DNA from: Peribolospora baueri
Taxonomy: Eukaryota
NCBI GenBank assembly: GCA_029717555.1
Contig: JAMDHS010000083.1
Location: 62,001 to 89,478 of the forward strand
Reading direction: 5' to 3'
Length of the DNA stretch: 27,478 bases
Positions within the stretch are counted from its first letter, which is position 1; each line of letters begins with the position of its first letter. Position numbers and translations under genes: made by a program. The notes under the pieces are model-generated. The model worked only from the letters and a program-made list of their open reading frames with translations. It searched no databases and was not told the DNA's origin. Shown piece after piece: positions 10,554-20,056 of the stretch.

Positions 10554-13463
10554 ATGTCGTTCCAGCCTTCCCCCGTCGATGAGCTCTCCATCGCGACCAT
10601 TCGCACCCTCGCCGCCGACGTCGTCGGTAAGGCCAACTCGGGCCACCCCGGTGAGTGACCGACCTCCCTTTCTCTGCCCTCCGTGCTCCCCTCTCCTTCC
10701 TTTGACCCCGGTCATCCTCAGTCCTCCTCCCCCTGCCGGCTACCCACCGGGCTCGCGGTGGAAGTTGGGCGGACGCTGACTGATCGGCTGCGCCGATCGC
10801 TCGCGCATGCTCTTCCCGTTGCCTCCGTCGAACAGGTGCGCCCATGGGCATGGCCCCCGCCGCCCACGTCCTCTGGTCTAGGTGAGCTGTGAACAAATGG
10901 TTTTTGTCGGCTTTAAAGATCATCCGTCGACGTCAGCTTCATCTGGAATGGCCAGCTGGCATGGTTTAGACTGGCCTCGAGCGACTGCTTGGCGTTTAGT
11001 CATCCCTTACCCGTCATATTTGAAGGGACCCACTCACTTCGGTCATGTTCTCTAGGAGCGAGAAGGAGAAGAATAGAGCGCTCAGATGATTTTCTTTTCG
11101 CTGTCTACCATGTTGGACGCTCTCGTTCGTCATCTATGAAGGTTCTTGAAGGGCAACCCCAAGGATCCCAACTGGGTGAGTACGGCCCTAGCGACAGCAA
11201 GCGGACGAGGGCAATACAGACTCTTCTAAACCAACGCTCGCTCCTCTTAATATTGCCACATACAGGTCAACCGCGACCGCTTCGTGCTGTCGAACGGCCA
11301 CGCCTGCGCCCTCCAGTACATCATCCTTCACCTTCTTGGCTACAACATTACTATGGATGACCTCAAGTCGTTCAGGCAGCTCGACTCCAAGACCCCTGGT
11401 CACCCTGAGGCTGACGTGTCCGCCGGTATCGAGGTTACCACCGGCCCTCTTGGCCAGGGTGAGCTGAACCTCTCTCGGATAGTTTCCGTTGACCATGCGA
11501 GCGCGTTGATATTCACGCTTGCCTCGTGCTGCATAATTCCTAAGGCTTCGCCAACGCTATTGGTCTCGCCATTGCCGAGCGTCAGGGTGCCGCCACGTTC
11601 AACCGCGACGGATTCCCCGTCCTGGAGAACTACGTCTACATGTTCACCGGTGACGGTTGCTTGCAGGAGGGCGTTGCCTCCGAGGCCGCCTCCCTTGCCG
11701 GGCACCTTAAGCTCGGTAACGTTGTCACCATATACGATGACAACCACATCTCCATCGACGGTGACACCGCGTGCGCCTTCACCGAGGACGTGGAGCAGCG
11801 TTTCCTCTCTTACGGCTGGCACGTCCTCCACGTCACCAACGGCGACTCTGACCTCAAGAGCATTTACGAGGCCATCGACGAGGCCCGCAAGGTGACCGAC
11901 AAGCCCTCCATCATCCGCCTCCGTACCACCATCGGATTCGGCTCCAAGAACCAGGGCACCGGCGGCGTCCACGGTGCGCCCCTCAAGGCCGATGACATGG
12001 CTGAGGTGAAGAAGAAGTTCGGCTTCAACCCTGAGAAGTCCTTCCACGTGCCCAAGGAGGTGTACGACGCCTACCATAGCTATGCCAAGCGCGGTGAGGA
12101 GGCCGAGGCGCAGTGGCAGCAGATGTTGGGCGAGTACGAGAAGAAGTACCCCAAGGAGGTTTCGGAGCTCAAGCGCCGCGTGGCGCGCAAGCTCCCCGAG
12201 GGATGGGAGAAGGCTCTGCCCACCTACCAGGGTTCGGACGCTGCCGTGGCTTCGCGCAAGCTCTCTGAGACGGTGATCACCAAGCTCGCCGATGTGATTC
12301 CTGAGCTCATCGGCGGATCCGCCGACCTCACGGGCTCGAACCTCACCCGATGGAAAGGTGCTGTCGACTTCCAGCACCCGAGCACCGGTCTTGGAGACTA
12401 TTCGGGCCGGTACATCCGCTTTGGCGTGCGCGAGCACGGCATGGGCGCCATCATGAACGGCATCCACGCCTACGGCATCCACATTCCCTTCGGCGGAACT
12501 TTCCTCAACTTCGTCCCGTACGCCGCCGGCGCCGTCCGTCTCTCTGCGCTCTCGCACTTCCGCGTCCTCTGGGTCGCCACGCACGACTCCATCGGTAGGT
12601 GGACTTGATTGAAGGCAGATGTGATCATGTGCTCGCTCGCTTGCATTTGACTGACCCGCGGCGGTCCATCAATCCCTTCCTCGTTCCGATTCGCAGGTCT
12701 CGGTGAAGACGGCCCGACGCACCAGCCGATCGAGACGGTGGCCTGGCTTCGCTCGACGCCCAACCTGGCCGTGTGGAGGCCCGCCGACGGCAACGAGACG
12801 TCCGCTGCGTACCTCGTGGCCATCAACTCGCTCCACACGCCGTCCGTGTTCTGCCTCTCGCGTCAGAACCTGCCCCAGCTCGAGGCTTCATCCATCGAGA
12901 AGGCCCTCCGTGGCGGTTACGTCGCCCACGACGAGAAGGACTTCAATATCATCCTCGTCGCCACCGGATCCGAGGTCGGCATCGCGCTCGACGCTGCTAA
13001 GAAGCTCGGCGAGAAGGGCGTCAAGGCTAGGATTGTCTCGATGCCCTGCTTCGAGGTCTTGTGAGTTGTTGTTCGGTTTGAGTTCAGCTGGAGAGCGTCG
13101 TGTCGTCGTCCTCTTGACTCTGCCGTCGCGGACGGCCGATGTGCTGACTTGGAACATGATGGTCTGCAATTTCTTTTTGGCGTTCAAAGCGACCGGCAGT
13201 CGCAAGACTACCGCCTGTCCGTCATCCCCTCGGGCGCTCCCGTCATGTCGGTTGAGGTGATGAGCACCTTCGGCTGGAGCAAGTACGCGCACGAGCACTA
13301 CGGCATCAACACCTTTGGTGCCTCCGGACCTTACAAGGACGTGTACGCCAAGTACGGCTTCACGCCGGATAAGGTCGCCGAGGCAGCCGAGAAGGTGGTC
13401 GAGTTCTACAAGAAGAAGGGCACGCCCGTCGAGACGCCTCTGCTCAAGGCTCTTCCCTTCTGA
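10554..13463 (+). CDS. TKL1: Transketolase, 685 aa
   Basis: Exons 10554-10650, 10836-10881, 11142-11175, 11266-11458, 11545-12594, 12697-13060, 13190-13463 (2058 nt, in frame). Motifs: [45 protein letters not shown]...YDDN (TPP-binding), [23 protein letters not shown]. Strong C/G third-position codon bias. Confidence 0.98.
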
Positions 13464-13703
13464 GCGCGCGCCTCAAAGTGTGCAATGTCGACGTGTCGGG
13501 TGTCCCGGTCACCTTCTTGTGTAGTTCGTCTGACATGACCATCGATCGAAGAACGCCTAGAGACCTTGCCGTTCGCTAGGAAGCCCTTCCCCTCCTCTCC
13601 TCTTCGCCGTTTTCCGTGTCGTGAAGAGGCTCGTGTGTGACTGCCCTATTAGACCCTTCCTCCCCCGCTTCTGCCCCTTTTCTTCCGCCTTATCGCCTCT
13701 GAA

Positions 13704-13709
13704 AATAAA
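13704..13709 (+). terminator. Possible polyadenylation signal (AATAAA) for transketolase
   Basis: AATAAA about 240 nt after the stop codon, in an otherwise pyrimidine/GC-rich region. Confidence 0.3.
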
Positions 13710-14036
13710 TATCAATCGTTCTCTGTACGCCCTCCCTCTTCCTGAAGGGGGTCTTTTGTAGGTTGCGAGGTCTTTCTGGTTTCGATCGACGGTCCGACGG
13801 ACGGTGAATTCTTGAAGAGGTCGCATCCAAAGAGGTGTTATTTTCTCGGGCGAGCGCACGTTTCCGCGCAAAGGGAGACAGACTACATCGGACGGTTCTC
13901 TCGCGCACCTCTCCCCGACCAACCGACGCGACCGACCGAATACGTCGTCTTCTCTCCTCCTCCACCGTCTCGTCCTCGTCGGAGCCGTCGAATATCCTCG
14001 GTCGCAGAGAGAGCTCTCTCGTCCGCCTTCCTGGCC

Positions 14037-14072
14037 CTTTCTTTCTTTCTTTCTTTCTTTCCTTGCTTGCTT
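14037..14072 (+). repeat. (CTTT)n / (CTTG)n simple repeat
   Basis: ctttctttctttctttctttcttt followed by cttgcttgctt. Confidence 0.85.
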
Positions 14073-14644
14073 GGCCAGCACGACCAGTCTCGCACGTATC
14101 CCGACCCTCTTCTCTCATCTTCCCAAGCATCCACAGCATCGTGTCCTCGGGGGCTGAGGGTAGGCTAGGGTAGAGTTGGCTAGGAGGCTAGGCGAAGTGA
14201 GTGCGCGTTGGTGCGGCAAGCGCCGGCCGGCCCGGGCATGGGAGCATGGTATAATATGGCATGGCATGGCGGACGGGACGATCGTCGCCTCGCCGTTGTC
14301 CCGCGTTCCGTCCTTTGTTGGGACGGACTGGACTGGGCTCCCACTCGTCCTTCTCCTCGTCCCACTTCTTCTGGCCGCTTCACATTTTCCTTGCTCATCG
14401 CTTTCCAACCGGAAGCGAAGCCAACTAAGCAACAGGGAAGCGGACGAGCGAGGACGAGCCAAGCTGTCGCCAACCAACCAGCCGTCCTTCCTTTCCCATT
14501 TCCTTCTCTTCGCTGTATCATCACGCTCGCTCGCTCAGATGGACGATCACGCTGAACGCTTTTTGAGGAAGTGAGCGGAGCGGAGGGAGGGGAGGAAGAG
14601 AAGGTGGAGGGAGGATAGGAGCTAGTTAGGTTACACGGTGGAGC

Positions 14645-14876
14645 GAAGGAAGGAAGGAAGGAAGGAAAGGACGTCGAAGAAGGGTTCGGTAAGTAGGTAA
14701 GTAGGAGGGAAGAGCGCAGCGGACGGGGAAAAAAATGAAGGAAAGTGTGTATGTGAGAGAACTGTATGTATGAATGAATGAATGAATGTATGATGTATGT
14801 ATGTAGGTGTTCCGACCGCCGCCGACCGAGCTGACCTGGCTCCGAAAAAAAAAGACTCAAAAGGGGGGGGGGGGGG
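14645..14876 (+). repeat. Microsatellite cluster: (GAAG)n, (TGAA)n/(TGTA)n, A9 and G14 runs
   Basis: (GAAG) repeats at ~14645-14668, TGAA/TGTA repeats at 14763-14805, A run at 14845-14853, G run at 14863-14876. Confidence 0.85.
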
Positions 14877-15388
14877 ATTTCAAGAAAAGAGCGAAGGAGA
14901 CGCCCGGACGGACGAGGGCGATTGGGAGGGCGCGAGCAGAGCCGACGTGATCGGAAAAGTCAATGCCGGCCGGCCGGCGGTAGCCGTGCGAGGGGCGTTA
15001 TCGGACGGCGAGGAACGTACGTCTGGGCGAAGCGGAACGGAGTGAAGTGGAAGTGACCGAACGAGCGACGGATGAACGGCTAGGGGGATGGAGAAGATGA
15101 GATCTGAAACGGAGGGGGCGGGGGGGTATCATGACGGACGAGCTGACGGAGCAGAAGGAAGCGGGGGCAAACGACCGATACGAAGAAGAGAGGGGGAGGG
15201 GAGGAAATAGAGCGACGTGCGATGGGAATAGACAGAGAGGCAGAGTCGAGAATGGATGGAGCCGAAGACGCCATCTAGATAGCCGGGGCGAGGCGAGGCG
15301 AGTGAGATGAGAGGGGCGAGGCGGACGGGACGAGACGGGCCACGACACGATGGGCGAGGTTGGGATGAGCGAGACGGAAAGAGTGCCG

Positions 15389-17288
15389 TCAAGGCGTCCA
15401 GATCCTGATGCTCTGGTCCACGCTGCCAGACGCGACGACGTTGACGACCTTGGCCTCGGCGCCCTCCTTAGCTACGCCGTTTGGAGCGGCCTTGACGCCG
15501 TTCGCCTCGCCGTCCGGAGCAGGAGCGCCTCCGTCGGTCCGCGCACGGCCCCAAGCGAGGCAGGTGACAAAGTGAGAGTGCGCGTCCACCGTCTTGGCGC
15601 ATCGCCCCGTCTTGAGGTCCCACACCCGGATCGTCTTGTCATCCGACGCGGAGAGGAGCGTCTTGCCGTTCGGGTGGAAGACGAGGGCTCGAACCCAGTT
15701 GTCGTGTCCGACCTGCGCAGTGATCGCGCCGAAAAAAAAAGCAAAGCGGATCCTGGCTTTAGCGCACGCCCATAGCGAGTCGAGCTGGCGTCGCCATCGA
15801 GGCACTCACCAGGGTCTTTAGACACTGTCCGTTGCTGTCCCACAGCTTGATCGTCTTGTCCCTCGACCCGGTCGCCACATATTGCCCCGGTGCCTTGACA
15901 CGCTCGTCTCTGGCGGTGGTCGCGATGCCGGCCAACTCGCGGATGGCGGGGTAGGAGGCGACGGGGGCGAAGACAGCGCACTCGATGACGTGGTCGTGCC
16001 CTCGGAGCTCCATACGGGTCTCACCTGACGAGGCGTCCCACAAGCGAGAGGTCTGGTCGTTGGAGCAGCTGACGAGCGTTCGACCGTCGTCGGAGGGGAT
16101 CACCGATCGCACCCATTCTGCGTGCCCCGAGAACGTTTTAGTGCAGTAGCTGAGGACAAGAGGGAAGCGCAGATGAGCGCGCGCGCAATGGAGAGAAAGA
16201 GGAAAGATGGGCCAGCCGCTCGCTCACCCGCTGGACACTTCCCAGATCCGGATCGTCTTATCTCGACTCGCGCTTACGATCATATCGTCGCCAGGCAGGA
16301 ATCGGACAGAGGACACGCTGTGATCGTGTCCATAGAGCGTTTTGATGTTCTTCCACTCGTTGTTCGTGTCCCATAGCTTGACTGTCAGGTCGGAGGAGCA
16401 CGACACTGAATGGGGGATGGCAAAACGTTAGCATGAAAACAGACACGGTTGGGGAGTGACACGGGACGCGAATTCTCACCGAGAAGGTTACCCTTGGAAT
16501 CGAATTCCACATCCTGGACCGCCTTGGTATGACCTTTTACGGTTCTCTCAAACTCGCCCGTCTCCCAATCCCACACCTTGAGGCTCGCGTCCTCGCTCGC
16601 CGAGACTACCTGGCTGAAGACGGGGTGAAAGGCGATGCGCGTTACTGGCGCTCGGTGGCCGGACAAGGTGTGTCGGGGCGGGGCGCGGGGGACCCAGTCT
16701 ACCTGGGAGGCCGATCGGCGAGAGGTGGGAGCCGCAGAGAGCTCTTCGGTCAGTTGGGCGTTGCGCGACTCGAGCTCCATGACCTGGTCGTCGGGAGTTG
16801 GAGAAGACAAGGTCAGAGAGACTCGAACCATGACGTCCAAACGACCCACGGCGTCAAGGATGGTGCACACCGACTCGACTCGCCTTTTTCTGCAACCGAA
16901 TCACGCTCGTCCATTTTTTCTCTAACAGGCCCGCATACTTTGCCTTTGGGTCCGGCACAAAGTCGTCGTGGTCGGACTCTGTGCGGAGGGCTTCGAATGC
17001 CTGGGTGAAGCCTGCGGAGGAGAGGTAGTCAAGGATGGACTTGAGGCTGGGTGAGGGGGAAGGGGAGGGTAAAAGAGCCGTGGCGCATGGACAAGGCGGG
17101 GGAACGAGCGATGGGTGAGTATGCGCGCCGATCGGTCGTATCCTGACGACCCTTCTCTCCACGGCACCACGACTGGCAGGCTCCGGGTCGGCCGGATAAA
17201 ATAGGGTCTCCTGTGCAAAGGTGCAGGTGCAGGTGCGCGCATAAACTCACAGCTCATCCTTTTGCCTCTCGGTGAGCCCGCTGGCCAT
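15389..17288 (-). CDS. PAC1: LIS1/PAC1/NudF dynein regulator (LisH + coiled coil + WD40), 448 aa
   Basis: Exons 17288-17251, 17046-16884, 16783-16480, 16405-16228, 16149-15810, 15712-15389 (1347 nt, in frame). Intron 2 is GC-AG. Motifs: '[17 protein letters not shown]', '[25 protein letters not shown]', '[15 protein letters not shown]', '[11 protein letters not shown]', '[13 protein letters not shown]'. Confidence 0.97.
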
Positions 17289-20056
17289 GTTGAGGGAGGA
17301 AAGATGGATGTACCCCGATTGGAGTTGGGGAGAAGAAGGTACACGCAAGAAGGGTGGCACACAGCGCTGCCCGTGGAACGCGGGGAAAGGCGGCGAGCTG
17401 GTTAATTAAGAAGTGTGGTGTAGTGGAGATGGATACGGATCGGGCGTTGGACGGCCACAGAGGCTGGGCGCGGGGCGGTGTTTATTGAACCGGTCGAGGG
17501 TTCCCTCGGCGAGGGTACGGGGAGCAAGCAGTGAACGGGTTGGGCCGATGCGATCGGAGGGTTGCGCGTGCTGGAGCATGAAAGGGGCGACACGGCGACA
17601 AACGAAAGGGAAAAGAAGGGAAATTCGGGGGGACAAAGGGGGCGAGGGAGAGAGAGAGAGGAAGGGTCAGCGCGAATGGGCCAGAGCGATAGGTAAACGC
17701 GGCGGGGAGGGAGGGGTTGGCTGATAGTGGGCGACGTGGATCATCCGTCGGCCTTGGATCCTTCCCAACGCCCCTCCATCGTCGCCGTCTCCGTTGGGAG
17801 CGGGGGAGGCGTGAACGAGGAAGCGAGCTCACCTTGGCGTGAGATGGGCGTGAGGAGCGAGGCGGGCTGCCGGCTGGGGTCAGCGAAGGGGTGGGCGGGG
17901 CGTGGAGCGGGAGAAGGCGGGGTGGAGATGGAGCAGGAGAGGGTGCGGAGGACGAGAATGAGGAAGAGGAAGAGGAAAGAGGAGGCGGCGAAGAGGAGGC
18001 GGCGGCGGCGATGCGACGTCGAGTTGGTGGTTGAGGTGTTGGTGATCTGATCTCACCTCGTCGTTCTCGTCGTCGCCGCCGTGTTGTCTCCCTCGTGGTC
18101 TCCTCGTCCTGCTGCGGCACACAGCTCATTGAAAGCGTCGCGCCGCGCGTCGAGCCGAGTCCACCGAGTCGCCCGTCGAGCTGCGACCAGAGCAGGCGCG
18201 GCGGCAGCGACAAGCAACGGACGGGCGCTCGGACGTCGATCTTGCCTCTGCCATGTCCTTGCGTCGCACTTGTGTTCATCCCACCATCTCTCCTCTGGCA
18301 GGCCTGCCTCGTCCGCCGCCCGCTCGGATCACGAACGTGCTTCCGAGTCCTAGCCTAGTTACACCGACGGCCTTCTGTAACCCTAACTGCGCGATAGGGG
18401 CTCGGTACTCGCAAGCGTGATGAACATGGGCGACGTCGAGGGGCAGGAAGGAGTGGATGGATGGCACGGAAAGGACGAATACGAGACTGGGACGAGCGTG
18501 AGTGACGACCGAACGGGCTTCTCGTGCTTGAGCGACAGTCGCCTCTCCTACCGCCCCTCGACACGTCGGCCGACGACGGGCTCTGAGCTGCACACATGCT
18601 TTCTTCCAAGACGTCCCACGTTCGTTCGTTCGTCGGGCTCGTCAGACAGCCACAGCCATGGCGCCGTTGAAAACTCGTCGTGTTCGGTTCCATGGAGACA
18701 GGTGGCCATCCAGCTGCAGCTCCAGTTCCAGCTCGGTCATGTCACAGGCGATGATGGCCTGCGCGCTGACGACATTCCCTCGTCTTCCGCTCCCATCTCC
18801 CCGTCCGAGCGCCGACCGTCGGCCGACTCGACTCGCACCCCACGCTGAGAGGTTGTGCGGAGCTGAGCGTGAGTTCACCGTTCGTGTCCCAAATGGGAGC
18901 GTGCAACGACGACGGGATGGGAGTGCCAAGGGCCTCCGCCGCTCCGTCATGCAGAGCCCAAGCGTCTTCCTGACCCACTCGCAACGACCTGTTCAGCGCC
19001 GTGATGAGCGAGAACGGGGATCGCTCGTCAGCTCGTCGCGTTTTCATCAGCCGGCTCGGCGGTGCGAGATGGAACACGACAAGAAGGGCGGCCGTGGACT
19101 GATGAAGACGACGTCTTTGCCTGTATCGTCTCATTCCTGCCTCGACGGAGGCGCCCCTCTGATATCACATCACGTCGGATGTACCACCGTTCCTGGTCTG
19201 GCCTGGTCTGGCTGGTACTTGGCCGGCTCGGCGGGCGGGCGGGCGGAGCAAAGGTCAGGTCTTGTTCGGCCGGCCGCGTCGGACGACGTGGAACGGCGAG
19301 CGCTTCTGTCTGTCACACTGAGGCAAGAGAGGGACGCAAAAGACGGCCGCGGGCGAAGACCGCAGTCCGCCATGTTCGACGTTCGAGCCGGGGTCGACGG
19401 TCGTGTCGAGGGCGGCGAGGGGAAGATGACCCAGACATTAATACACGTTCCTGCCCGCCCTTCTGGACGCCAGCGCGGGCGAGCCGTGCCGCAGCAGGAG
19501 GCGAATGGACCGCCGACTGTCGTCGCTCGCTCGTCCCGCCATCGTCCGTCTCTCTCACCTTGATCCCCTACCATCGTCATCCTCCGCCTTTCCTTCCTTC
19601 TTCCTTTCCATCCTTCGTCCCCCTTTCCAGCCTTGCCTCGGTCGCCCACCCCACTCGACTCTGGCTAGAGGCCCCCATCTCTCTCACTCCCGCCTTTCTT
19701 TTCCCCCTCTTTCTTTTCACGCGCCCCGGACCGCTCCTCCGGACCGCCAATCACCCCTCCCTCCCCGTCGACGAACGAAAGAAAAGAAAGAGAAGAAAAA
19801 GTATACTTCACGCCACGCCCAGCTTCCCAGATTCCTTTTCGCTGCGCCTTACCCCCCTCGCGGAAGCCCGACTCCGACGTCGACGCCCAGCGCCTGCGCT
19901 TCGCTCCGTCGTATTAGCTTGGTCCAGAGTCGACTGCATCCCCATCTTGATACCCTCCCGCCAAGCCGAGACAGTCGTCCTTCTTCTGTGACGCCGGCCG
20001 TACAACTCTTTTCCCTCCTCCCCTTCCCCCTCGCCGTTTAAAGCTCGAGGTTCAAC

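Noticed and set aside
10935..10960. TTCATCTGGAATGGCCAGC in transketolase intron 2, resembling the 3' half of a fungal TPP riboswitch (UUGAUCUGGAUAAUACCAGCG)
   Set aside because: The conserved UGAGA element is missing upstream, UGAU reads UCAU, and the L5 loop and following GAAAGG do not match. An Infernal search with the Rfam TPP model would settle it; I expect no hit.
11400..12584. 394-aa antisense ORF over transketolase
   Set aside because: Shadow ORF explained by strong C/G third-position codon bias of the sense gene. No recognisable motifs.
14176..14860. Hydrophobic-looking ORFs in the transketolase-LIS1 gap
   Set aside because: Derived from pyrimidine tracts and microsatellites, with no codon bias or family motifs.
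17482..19991. 265-309-aa ORFs between LIS1 and kinesin
   Set aside because: Arg/Ser/Pro-rich translations typical of GC-rich non-coding DNA. They overlap in several frames and have no domain signature. Small uORFs cannot be excluded.
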